This document shows positions 9,901-23,508 of a DNA stretch of 64,000 nt, piece by piece. This DNA is from Auanema rhodensis (lineage: Eukaryota; Animalia; Nematoda). The stretch covers positions 2,976,001 to 3,040,000 of the forward strand of contig OZ059896.1 of the NCBI GenBank assembly GCA_964057225.1. The letters run 5' to 3'. The notes beneath the pieces were generated by a model, which saw nothing but the letters and a program-made list of their open reading frames with translations, had not been told where the DNA came from and did not search any database. Within the stretch, counting starts at the first letter, position 1. Each line of letters starts with the position of its first letter. The translations under genes and the position numbers were made by a program.

Positions 9901-12900
9901 TTTTCACCCTGAAGAATTAATTTTTTCGTTGAATAACATTGTCCATCGTTTTTGCTTTGAAAAAAGGAATCTAAAAACATCTACTTTTTGCTAAATTATT
10001 TTGAAATTTTTCGAAAAAATTTTTGTCAAAATGTTTTTGGAAGCAATTTTGAGTGTACATGGAAACTCAACATACACTAATGCATCATTTTTCAAACGAT
10101 CATAACTAATTTTTTTATTAAGCTTTTCTCATTGTAGTATAATGCAATCGATGCGGAATTTTAAGCTGCGTCGATCTGTGTTATCAGATTTCCGCTAGCT
10201 TGAAAATGCACCGAGATATCAACTGATATAAGTTCACACTTATATCCTCGATTTTCACCCTGAAGAATTAATTTTTTCGTTGAATTACATTGTCCTTCGT
10301 TTTTGCCTTGAAAAATGGAATCTAAAAACATCTACTTTTCGCTAAATTATTTTGAAATTTTTCGAAAAAATTTTTGTCAAAATGTTTTTGGAAGCAATGT
10401 TGAGTGTACATGGAAACTCAACATACACTAATGCATCATTTTCCAAACGATCATAACTAATTTTTGTATTAAGCTTTTCTTAATGTAGTATAGTGCATTC
10501 GATGCGGATTTTTAAGCTGCGTCGATCTGTGTTATCAGATTTCCGCTAGCTTAAAAAGGCACCGAGATATCAACTGATATAAGTTCACACTTATATCCTC
10601 GATTTTCACCCTGAAGAATTAATTTTTTCGTTGAATAACATTGTCCATCGTTTTTGCCTCAAAAAAAGGAATCTGAAAACATCTACTTTTCGCTAAATTA
10701 TTTTGAAATTTTTCGAAAAAATTTTTGTCAAAATGTTTTTGGAAGCAATTTTGAGTGTACATGGAAACTCAACATACACTAATGCATCATTTTTCAAACG
10801 ATCATAACTAATTTTTGTGATGAGCGTTACTCCATGTAGTATAATGCATTCGATGCGGATTTTTAAGCTGCGTCGATCTGTGTTATCAGATTTGCGCTAG
10901 CTTAAAAATGCACCGAGATATTAACTGATATAAGTTCACACTTATATCCTCGATTTTCACCCTGAAGAATTAATTTTTTCGTTGAATAACATTGTCCATC
11001 GTTTTTGCCTCAAAAAAAGGAATCTAAAAACATCTACTTTTTGCGAAATTATTTTGAAATTTTTCGAAAAAATTTTTGTCAAAATGTTTTTGGAAGCAAT
11101 TTTGAGTGTACATGGAAACTCAACATACACTAATGCATCATTTTTCAAACGATCATAACTAATTTTTGTGATGAGCGTTACTCCATGTAGTATAATGCAT
11201 TCGATGCGGATTTTTAAGCTGCGTCGATCTGTGTTATCAGATTTGCGCTAGCTTAAAAATGCACCGAGATATTAACTGATATAAGTTCACACTTATATCC
11301 TCGATTTTCACCCTGAAGAATTAATTTTTTCGTTGAATAACATTGTCCATCGTTTTTGCCTTGAAAGAAGGAATCTAAAAACATCTACTTTTTGCTAAAT
11401 TATTTTGAAATTTTTCGAAAAAATTTTTGTCAAAATGTTTTTGGAAGCAATGTTGAGTGTACATGGAAACTCAACATACACTAATGCATCATTTTCCAAA
11501 CGATCATAACTAATTTTTGTATTAAGCTTTTCTTAATGTAGTATAATGCATTCGATGCGGATTTTTAAGCTGCGTCGATCTGTGTTATCAGATTTCCGCT
11601 AGCTTAAAAAGGCACCGAGATATCAACTGATATAAGTTCACACTTATATCCTCGATTTTCACCCTGAAGAATTAATTTTTTCGTTGAATAACATTGTCCA
11701 TCGTTTTTGCCTCAAAAAAAGGAATCTGAAAACATCTACTTTTCGCTAAATTATTTTGAAATTTTTCGAAAAAATTTTTGTCAAAATGTTTTTGGAAGCA
11801 ATTTTGAGTGTACATGGAAACTCAACATACACTAATGCATCATTTTTCAAACGATCATAACTAATTTTTGTGATGAGCGTTACTCCATGTAGTATAATGC
11901 ATTCGATGCGGATTTTTAAGCTGCGTCGATCTGTGTTATCAGATTTGCGCTAGCTTAAAAATGCACCGAGATATTAACTGATATAAGTTCACACTTATAT
12001 CCTCGATTTTCACCCTGAAGAATTAATTTTTTCGTTGAATAACATTGTCCATCGTTTTTGCCTCAAAAAAAGGAATCTAAAAACATCTACTTTTTGCGAA
12101 ATTATTTTGAAATTTTTCGAAAAAATTTTTGTCAAAATGTTTTTGGAAGCAATTTTGAGTGTACATGGAAACTCAACATACACTAATGCATCATTTTTCA
12201 AACGATCATAACTAATTTTTGTATTAAGCTTTGCTTAATGTAGTATAGTGCATTCGATGCGGACTTTTAAGCTGCGTCGATCTGTGTTATCAGATTTGCG
12301 CTAGCTTAAAAATGCACCGAGATATTAACTGATATAAGTTCACACTTATATCCTCGATTTTCACCCTGAAGAATTAATTTTTTCGTTGAATAACATTGTC
12401 CATCGTTTTTGCCTTGAAAGAAGGAATCTAAAAACATCTACTTTTTGCTAAATTATTTTGAAATTTTTCGAAAAAATTTTTGTCAAAATGTTTTTGGAAG
12501 CAATTTTGAGTGTACATGGAAACTCAACATACACTAATGCATCATTTTTCAAACGATCATAACTAATTTTTGTATTAAGCTTTCCTCAATGTAATATAGT
12601 GCATTCGATGCGGATTTTTAAGCTGCGTCGATCTGTGTTATCAGATTTGCGCTAGCTTGAAAATGCACCGAGATATCAACTGATATAAGTTCACACTTAT
12701 ATCCTCGATTTTCACCCTGAAGAATTAATTTTTTCGTTGAATAACATTGTCCATCGTTTTTGCCTCAAAAAAAGGAATCTAAAAACATCTACTTTTTGCG
12801 AAATTATTTTGAAATTTTTCGAAAAAATTTTGTCAAAATGTTTTTGGAAGCAATGTTGAGTGTACATGGAAACTCAACATACACTAATGCATCATTTTTC

Positions 12901-15900
12901 AAACGATCATAACTAATTTTTGTGATGAGCGTTACTCCATGTAGTATAATGCATTCGATGCGGATTTTTAAGCTGCGTCGATCTGTGTTATCAGATTTGC
13001 GCTAGCTTAAAAATGCACCGAGATATTAACTGATATAAGTTCACACTTATATCCTCGATTTTCACCCTGAAGAATTAATTTTTTCGTTGAATAACATTGC
13101 CCATCGTTTTTGCCTTGAAAGAAGGAATCTAAAAACATCTACTTTTTGCTAAATTATTTTGAAATTTTTCGAAAAAATTTTTGTCAAAATGTTTTTGGAA
13201 GCAATTTTGAGTGTACATGGAAACTCAACATACACTAATGCATCATTTTTCAAACGATCATAACTAATTTTTGTATTAAGCTTTTCTCAATGTAGTATAG
13301 TGCATTCGATGCGGACTTTTAAGCTGCGTCGATCTGTGTTATCAGATTTGCGCTAGCTTAAAAATGCACCGAGATATCATCTGATATAAGTTCACACTTA
13401 TATCCTCGATTTTCACCCTGAAGAATTAATTTTTTCGTTGAATAACATTGTCCATCGTTTTTGCCTTGAAAAAAGGAATCTAAAAACATCTACTTTTTGC
13501 TAAATTATTTTGAAATTTTTCGAAAAAATTTTTGTCAAAATGTTTTTGGAAGCAATGTTGAGTGTACATGGAAACTCAACATACACTAATGCATCATTTT
13601 TCAAACGATCATAACTAATTTTTGTATTAAGCTTTTCTCAATGTAATATAGTGCATTCGATGCGGTTTTTTAAGCTGCGTCGATCTGTGTTATCAGATTT
13701 GCGCTAGCTTAAAAATGCACCGAGATATTAACTGATATAAGTTCACACTTATATCCTCGATTTTCACCCTGAAGAATTAATTTTTTCGTTGAATAACATT
13801 GTCCATCGTTTTTGCCTCAAAAAAAGGAATCTGAAAACATATACTTTTCGCTAAATTATTTTGAAATTTTTCGAAAAAATTTTTGTCAAAATGTTTTTGG
13901 AAGCAATTTTGAGTGTACATGGAAACTCAACATACACTAATGCATCATTTTTCAAACGATCATAACTAATTTTTGTATTAAGCGTTTCTCAATGTAGTAT
14001 AGTGCATTCGATGCGGATTTTTAAGCTGCGTCGATCTGTGTTATCAGATTTGCGCTAGCTTGAAAATGCACCGAGATATGAACTGATATAAGTTCACACT
14101 TATATCCTCGATTTTCACCCTGAAGAATTAATTTTTTCGTTGAATTACATTGTCCTTCGTTTTTGCCTTGAAAAAAGGAATCTAAAAACATCTACTTTTC
14201 GCTAAATTATTTTGAAATTTTTCGAAAAAATTTTTGTCAAAATGTTTTTGGAAGCAATTTTGAGTGTACATGGAAACTCAACATACAATAATGCATCATT
14301 TTTCAAACGATCATAACTAATTTTGGTATTAAGCGTTTCTCAATGTAGTATAGTGCATTCGATGCGGATTTTTAAGCTGCGTCGATCTGTACTATCAGAT
14401 TTGCGCTAGCTTGAAAATGCACCGAGATATGAACTGATATAAGTTCACACTTATATCCTCGATTTTCACCCTGAAGAATTAATTTTTTCGTTGAATAACA
14501 TTGTCCATCGTTTTTGCCTCAAAAAAAGGAATCTGAAAACATATACTTTTCGCTAAATTATTTTGAAATTTTTCGAAAAAATTTTTGTCAAAATGTTTTT
14601 GGAAGCAATTTTGAGTGTACATGGAAACTCAACATACACTAATGCATCATTTTTCAAACGATCATAACTAATTTTTGTATTAAGCGTTTCTCAATGTAGT
14701 ATAGTGCATTCGATGCGGATTTTTAAGCTGCGTCGATCTGTACTATCAGATTTGCGCTAGCTTGAAAATGCACCGAGATATCAACTGATTTAAGTTCACA
14801 CTTATATCCTCGATTTTCACCCTGAAGAATTAATTTTTTCGTTGAATTACATTGTCCTTCGTTTTTGCCTTGAAAAAAGGAATCTAAAAACATCTACTTT
14901 TCGCTAAATTATTTTGAAATTTTTCGAAAAAATTTTTGTCAAAATGTTTTTGGAAGCAATGTTGAGTGTACATGGAAACTCAACATACACTAATGCATCA
15001 TTTTTCAAACGATCATAACTAAATTTTGTATTAAGCGTTTCTCAATGTAGTATAGTGCATTCGATGCGGATTTTTAAGCTGCGTCGATCTGTACTATCAG
15101 ATTTGCGCTAGCTTGAAAATGCACCGAGATATCAACTGATATAAGTTCACACTTATATCCTCGATTTTCACCCTGAAGAATTAATTTTTTCGTTGAATAA
15201 CATTGTCCATCGTTTTTGCTTTGAAAAAAGGAATCTAAAAACATCTACTTTTTGCTAAATTATTTTGAAATTTTTCGAAAAAATTTTTGTCAAAATGTTT
15301 TTGGAAGCAATTTTGAGTGTACATGGAAACTCAACATACACTAATGCATCATTTTTCAAACGATCATAACTAATTTTTTTATTAAGCTTTTCTCATTGTA
15401 GTATAATGCAATCGATGCGGAATTTTAAGCTGCGTCGATCTGTGTTATCAGATTTCCGCTAGCTTGAAAATGCACCGAGATATCAACTGATATAAGTTCA
15501 CACTTATATCCTCGATTTTCACCCTGAAGAATTAATTTTTTCGTTGAATTACATTGTCCTTCGTTTTTGCCTTGAAAAATGGAATCTAAAAACATCTACT
15601 TTTCGCTAAATTATTTTGAAATTTTTCGAAAAAATTTTTGTCAAAATGTTTTTGGAAGCAATGTTGAGTGTACATGGAAACTCAACATACACTAATGCAT
15701 CATTTTCCAAACGATCATAACTAATTTTTGTATTAAGCTTTTCTTAATGTAGTATAGTGCATTCGATGCGGATTTTTAAGCTGCGTCGATCTGTGTTATC
15801 AGATTTCCGCTAGCTTAAAAAGGCACCGAGATATCAACTGATATAAGTTCACACTTATATCCTCGATTTTCACCCTGAAGAATTAATTTTTTCGTTGAAT

Positions 15901-18900
15901 AACATTGTCCATCGTTTTTGCCTCAAAAAAAGGAATCTGAAAACATCTACTTTTCGCTAAATTATTTTGAAATTTTTCGAAAAAATTTTTGTCAAAATGT
16001 TTTTGGAAGCAATTTTGAGTGTACATGGAAACTCAACATACACTAATGCATCATTTTTCAAACGATCATAACTAATTTTTGTGATGAGCGTTACTCCATG
16101 TAGTATAATGCATTCGATGCGGATTTTTAAGCTGCGTCGATCTGTGTTATCAGATTTGCGCTAGCTTAAAAATGCACCGAGATATTAACTGATATAAGTT
16201 CACACTTATATCCTCGATTTTCACCCTGAAGAATTAATTTTTTCGTTGAATAACATTGTCCATCGTTTTTGCCTTGAAAGAAGGAATCTAAAAACATCTA
16301 CTTTTTGCTAAATTATTTTGAAATTTTTCGAAAAAATTTTTGTCAAAATGTTTTTGGAAGCAATGTTGAGTGTACATGGAAACTCAACATACACTAATGC
16401 ATCATTTTCCAAACGATCATAACTAATTTTTGTATTAAGCTTTTCTTAATGTAGTATAATGCATTCGATGCGGATTTTTAAGCTGCGTCGATCTGTGTTA
16501 TCAGATTTCCGCTAGCTTAAAAAGGCACCGAGATATCAACTGATATAAGTTCACACTTATATCCTCGATTTTCACCCTGAAGAATTAATTTTTTCGTTGA
16601 ATAACATTGTCCATCGTTTTTGCCTCAAAAAAAGGAATCTGAAAACATCTACTTTTCGCTAAATTATTTTGAAATTTTTCGAAAAAATTTTTGTCAAAAT
16701 GTTTTTGGAAGCAATTTTGAGTGTACATGGAAACTCAACATACACTAATGCATCATTTTTCAAACGATCATAACTAATTTTTGTGATGAGCGTTACTCCA
16801 TGTAGTATAATGCATTCGATGCGGATTTTTAAGCTGCGTCGATCTGTGTTATCAGATTTGCGCTAGCTTAAAAATGCACCGAGATATTAACTGATATAAG
16901 TTCACACTTATATCCTCGATTTTCACCCTGAAGAATTAATTTTTTCGTTGAATAACATTGTCCATCGTTTTTGCCTCAAAAAAAGGAATCTAAAAACATC
17001 TACTTTTTGCGAAATTATTTTGAAATTTTTCGAAAAAATTTTTGTCAAAATGTTTTTGGAAGCAATTTTGAGTGTACATGGAAACTCAACATACACTAAT
17101 GCATCATTTTTCAAACGATCATAACTAATTTTTGTATTAAGCTTTGCTTAATGTAGTATAGTGCATTCGATGCGGACTTTTAAGCTGCGTCGATCTGTGT
17201 TATCAGATTTGCGCTAGCTTAAAAATGCACCGAGATATTAACTGATATAAGTTCACACTTATATCCTCGATTTTCACCCTGAAGAATTAATTTTTTCGTT
17301 GAATAACATTGTCCATCGTTTTTGCCTTGAAAGAAGGAATCTAAAAACATCTACTTTTTGCTAAATTATTTTGAAATTTTTCGAAAAAATTTTTGTCAAA
17401 ATGTTTTTGGAAGCAATTTTGAGTGTACATGGAAACTCAACATACACTAATGCATCATTTTTCAAACGATCATAACTAATTTTTGTATTAAGCTTTCCTC
17501 AATGTAATATAGTGCATTCGATGCGGATTTTTAAGCTGCGTCGATCTGTGTTATCAGATTTGCGCTAGCTTAAAAATGCACCGAGATATCAACTGATATA
17601 AGTTCACACTTATATCCTCGATTTTCACCCTGAAGAATTAATTTTTTCGTTGAATAACATTGTCCATCGTTTTTGCCTCAAAAAAAGGAATCTAAAAACA
17701 TCTACTTTTTGCGAAATTATTTTGAAATTTTTCGAAAAAATTTTTGTCAAAATGTTTTTGGAAGCAATTTTGAGTGTACATGGAAACTCAACATACACTA
17801 ATGCATCATTTTTCAAACGATCATAACTAATTTTTGTATTAAGCTTTGCTTAATGTAGTATAGTGCATTCGATGCGGACTTTTAAGCTGCGTCGATCTGT
17901 GTTATCAGATTTGCGCTAGCTTAAAAATGCACCGAGATATTAACTGATATAAGTTCACACTTATATCCTCGATTTTCACCCTGAAGAATTAATTTTTTCG
18001 TTGAATAACATTGTCCATCGTTTTTGCCTTGAAAGAAGGAATCTAAAAACATCTACTTTTTGCTAAATTATTTTGAAATTTTTCGAAAAAATTTTTGTCA
18101 AAATGTTTTTGGAAGCAATTTTGAGTGTACATGGAAACTCAACATACACTAATGCATCATTTTTCAAACGATCATAACTAATTTTTGTATTAAGCTTTCC
18201 TCAATGTAATATAGTGCATTCGATGCGGATTTTTAAGCTGCGTCGATCTGTGTTATCAGATTTGCGCTAGCTTAAAAATGCACCGAGATATCAACTGATA
18301 TAAGTTCACACTTATATCCTCGATTTTCACCCTGAAGAATTAATTTTTTCGTTGAATAACATTGTCCATCGTTTTTGCCTCAAAAAAAGGAATCTAAAAA
18401 CATCTACTTTTTGCGAAATTATTTTGAAATTTTTCGAAAAAATTTTGTCAAAATGTTTTTGGAAGCAATGTTGAGTGTACATGGAAACTCAACATACACT
18501 AATGCATCATTTTTCAAACGATCATAACTAATTTTTGTGATGAGCGTTACTCCATGTAGTATAATGCATTCGATGCGGATTTTTAAGCTGCGTCGATCTG
18601 TGTTATCAGATTTGCGCTAGCTTAAAAATGCACCGAGATATTAACTGATATAAGTTCACACTTATATCCTCGATTTTCACCCTGAAGAATTAATTTTTTC
18701 GTTGAATAACATTGCCCATCGTTTTTGCCTTGAAAGAAGGAATCTAAAAACATCTACTTTTTGCTAAATTATTTTGAAATTTTTCGAAAAAATTTTTGTC
18801 AAAATGTTTTTGGAAGCAATTTTGAGTGTACATGGAAACTCAACATACACTAATGCATCATTTTTCAAACGATCATAACTAATTTTTGTATTAAGCTTTT

Positions 18901-21640
18901 CTCAATGTAGTATAGTGCATTCGATGCGGACTTTTAAGCTGCGTCGATCTGTGTTATCAGATTTGCGCTAGCTTAAAAATGCACCGAGATATCATCTGAT
19001 ATAAGTTCACACTTATATCCTCGATTTTCACCCTGAAGAATTAATTTTTTCGTTGAATAACATTGTCCATCGTTTTTGCCTTGAAAAAAGGAATCTAAAA
19101 ACATCTACTTTTTGCTAAATTATTTTGAAATTTTTCGAAAAAATTTTTGTCAAAATGTTTTTGGAAGCAATGTTGAGTGTACATGGAAACTCAACATACA
19201 CTAATGCATCATTTTTCAAACGATCATAACTAATTTTTGTATTAAGCTTTTCTCAATGTAATATAGTGCATTCGATGCGGTTTTTTAAGCTGCGTCGATC
19301 TGTGTTATCAGATTTGCGCTAGCTTAAAAATGCACCGAGATATTAACTGATATAAGTTCACACTTATATCCTCGATTTTCACCCTGAAGAATTAATTTTT
19401 TCGTTGAATAACATTGTCCATCGTTTTTGCCTCAAAAAAAGGAATCTGAAAACATATACTTTTCGCTAAATTATTTTGAAATTTTTCGAAAAAATTTTTG
19501 TCAAAATGTTTTTGGAAGCAATTTTGAGTGTACATGGAAACTCAACATACACTAATGCATCATTTTTCAAACGATCATAACTAATTTTTGTATTAAGCGT
19601 TTCTCAATGTAGTATAGTGCATTCGATGCGGATTTTTAAGCTGCGTCGATCTGTGTTATCAGATTTGCGCTAGCTTGAAAATGCACCGAGATATGAACTG
19701 ATATAAGTTCACACTTATATCCTCGATTTTCACCCTGAAGAATTAATTTTTTCGTTGAATTACATTGTCCTTCGTTTTTGCCTTGAAAAAAGGAATCTAA
19801 AAACATCTACTTTTCGCTAAATTATTTTGAAATTTTTCGAAAAAATTTTTGTCAAAATGTTTTTGGAAGCAATTTTGAGTGTACATGGAAACTCAACATA
19901 CAATAATGCATCATTTTTCAAACGATCATAACTAATTTTGGTATTAAGCGTTTCTCAATGTAGTATAGTGCATTCGATGCGGATTTTTAAGCTGCGTCGA
20001 TCTGTACTATCAGATTTGCGCTAGCTTGAAAATGCACCGAGATATGAACTGATATAAGTTCACACTTATATCCTCGATTTTCACCCTGAAGAATTAATTT
20101 TTTCGTTGAATAACATTGTCCATCGTTTTTGCCTCAAAAAAAGGAATCTGAAAACATATACTTTTCGCTAAATTATTTTGAAATTTTTCGAAAAAATTTT
20201 TGTCAAAATGTTTTTGGAAGCAATTTTGAGTGTACATGGAAACTCAACATACACTAATGCATCATTTTTCAAACGATCATAACTAATTTTTGTATTAAGC
20301 GTTTCTCAATGTAGTATAGTGCATTCGATGCGGATTTTTAAGCTGCGTCGATCTGTACTATCAGATTTGCGCTAGCTTGAAAATGCACCGAGATATCAAC
20401 TGATTTAAGTTCACACTTATATCCTCGATTTTCACCCTGAAGAATTAATTTTTTCGTTGAATTACATTGTCCTTCGTTTTTGCCTTGAAAAAAGGAATCT
20501 AAAAACATCTACTTTTCGCTAAATTATTTTGAAATTTTTCGAAAAAATTTTTGTCAAAATGTTTTTGGAAGCAATGTTGAGTGTACATGGAAACTCAACA
20601 TACACTAATGCATCATTTTTCAAACGATCATAACTAAATTTTGTATTAAGCGTTTCTCAATGTAGTATAGTGCATTCGATGCGGATTTTTAAGCTGCGTC
20701 GATCTGTACTATCAGATTTGCGCTAGCTTGAAAATGCACCGAGATATCAACTGATATAAGTTCACACTTATATCCTCGATTTTCACCCTGAAGAATTAAT
20801 TTTTTCGTTGAATAACATTGTCCATCGTTTTTGCTTTGAAAAAAGGAATCTAAAAACATCTACTTTTTGCTAAATTATTTTGAAATTTTTCGAAAAAATT
20901 TTTGTCAAAATGTTTTTGGAAGCAATTTTGAGTGTACATGGAAACTCAACATACACTAATGCATCATTTTTCAAACGATCATAACTAATTTTTTTATTAA
21001 GCTTTTCTCATTGTAGTATAATGCAATCGATGCGGAATTTTAAGCTGCGTCGATCTGTGTTATCAGATTTCCGCTAGCTTGAAAATGCACCGAGATATCA
21101 ACTGATATAAGTTCACACTTATATCCTCGATTTTCACCCTGAAGAATTAATTTTTTCGTTGAATTACATTGTCCTTCGTTTTTGCCTTGAAAAATGGAAT
21201 CTAAAAACATCTACTTTTCGCTAAATTATTTTGAAATTTTTCGAAAAAATTTTTGTCAAAATGTTTTTGGAAGCAATGTTGAGTGTACATGGAAACTCAA
21301 CATACACTAATGCATCATTTTCCAAACGATCATAACTAATTTTTGTATTAAGCTTTTCTTAATGTAGTATAGTGCATTCGATGCGGATTTTTAAGCTGCG
21401 TCGATCTGTGTTATCAGATTTCCGCTAGCTTAAAAAGGCACCGAGATATCAACTGATATAAGTTCACACTTATATCCTCGATTTTCACCCTGAAGAATTA
21501 ATTTTTTCGTTGAATAACATTGTCCATCGTTTTTGCCTCAAAAAAAGGAATCTGAAAACATCTACTTTTCGCTAAATTATTTTGAAATTTTTCGAAAAAA
21601 TTTTTGTCAAAATGTTTTTGGAAGCAATTTTGAGTGTACA
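6950..21640 (+). repeat. Higher-order repeat with a 14-monomer core, about 2.7 copies, realised periods of 15 and 16 monomers
   Basis: Markers CATTGCCC (7831/13095/18710), ACAATAATG (9021/14285/19900) and AATGCAATCGATGCGGAATT (10141/15405/21020) all show offsets of 5264 (15x351-1) and then 5615 (16x351-1). Confidence 0.92.
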
Positions 21641-23508
21641 TGAAAACTCAACATACACTAATGCATCATTTTTCAAACGATCATAACTAATTTTTGTATT
21701 AAGCGTTTCTCAATGTAGTATAGTGCATTCGATGCGGATTTTTAAGCTGCGTCGATCTGTACTATCAGATTTGCGCTAGCTTGAAAATGCACCGAGATAT
21801 GAACTGATATAAGTTCACACTTATATCCTCGATTTTCACCCTGAAGAATTAATTTTTTCGTTGAATTACATTGTCCTTCGTTTTTGCCTTGAAAAAAGGA
21901 ATCTAAAAACATCTACTTTTCGCTAAATTATTTTGAAATTTTTCGAAAAAATTTTTGTCAAAATGTTTTTGGAAGCAATTTTGAGTGTACATGGAAACTC
22001 AACATACAATAATGCATCATTTTTCAAACGATCATAACTAATTTTTGTATTAAGCTTTTCTTAATGTAGTATAGTGCATTCGATGCGGATTTTTAAGCTG
22101 CGTCGATCTGTGTTATCAGATTTCCGCTCGCTTAAAAAGGCACCGAGATATCAACTGATATAAGTTCACACTTATATCCTCGATTTTCACCCTGAAGAAT
22201 TAATTTTTTCGTTGAATAACATTGTCCATCGTTTTTGCCTCAAAAAAAGGAATCTGAAAACATCTACTTTTCGCTAAATTATTTTGAAATTTTTCGAAAA
22301 AATTTTTGTCAAAATGTTTTTGGAAGCAATGTTGAGTGTACATGGAAACTCAACATACACTAATGCATCATTTTCCAAACGATCATAACTAATTTTTGTA
22401 TTAAGCTTTTCTTAATGTAGTATAGTGCATTCGATGCGGATTTTTAAGCTGCGTCGATCTGTGTTATCAGATTTCCGCTAGCTTAAAAAGGCACCGAGAT
22501 ATCAACTGATATAAGTTCACACTTATATCCTCGATTTTCACCCTGAAGAATTAATTTTTTCGTTGAATAACATTGTCCATCGTTTTTGCCTCAAAAAAAG
22601 GAATCTGAAAACATCTACTTTTCGCTAAATTATTTTGAAATTTTTCGAAAAAATTTTTGTCAAAATGTTTTTGGAAGCAATTTTGAGTGTACATGAAAAC
22701 TCAACATACACTAATGCATCATTTTTCAAACGATCATAACTAATTTTTGTATTAAGCGTTTCTCAATGTAGTATAGTGCATTCGATGCGGATTTTTAAGC
22801 TGCGTCGATCTGTACTATCAGATTTGCGCTAGCTTGAAAATGCACCGAGATATGAACTGATATAAGTTCACACTTATATCCTCGATTTTCACCCTGAAGA
22901 ATTAATTTTTTCATTGAATTACATTGTCCTTCGTTTTTGCCTTGAAAAAAGGAATCTAAAAACATCTACTTTTCCCTAAATTATTTTGAAATTTTTCGAA
23001 AAAATTTTTGTCAAAATGTTTTTGGAAGCAATTTTGAGTGTACATGGAAACTCAACATACAATAATGCATCATTTTTCAAACGATCATAACTAATTTTTG
23101 TATTAAGCTTTTCTTAATGTAGTATAGTGCATTCGATGCGGATTTTTAAGCTGCGTCGATCTGTGTTATCAGATTTCCGCTCGCTTAAAAAGGCACCGAG
23201 ATATCAACTGATATAAGTTCACACTTATATCCTCGATTTTCACCCTGAAGAATTAATTTTTTCGTTGAATAACATTGTCCATCGTTTTTGCCTCAAAAAA
23301 AGGAATCTGAAAACATCTACTTTTCGCTAAATTATTTTGAAATTTTTCGAAAAAATTTTTGTCAAAATGTTTTTGGAAGCAATTTTGAGTGTACATGGAA
23401 ACTCAACATACACTAATGCATCATTTTTCAAACGATCATAACTAATTTTTGTATTAAGCGTTTCTCAATGTAGTATAGTGCATTCGATGCGGATTTTTAA
23501 GCTGCGTC
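21403..23508 (+). repeat. Trimer HOR, two copies
   Basis: TTTCCGCTCGC occurs at 22121 and 23174 (offset 1053 = 3x351). The CATGAAAAC and ACAATAATG variants recur with the same spacing. Confidence 0.8.

Noticed and set aside
10957-17816. Four identical 63-aa minus-strand ORFs (10957, 12010, 16923, 17625)
   Set aside because: Each lies within a single satellite monomer. They are open only where the GCTAAA>GCGAAA variant removes a minus-strand stop and the 1-bp deletion is absent. The K/F/I/L-rich sequence reflects A/T tracts, and their identity follows from HOR duplication.
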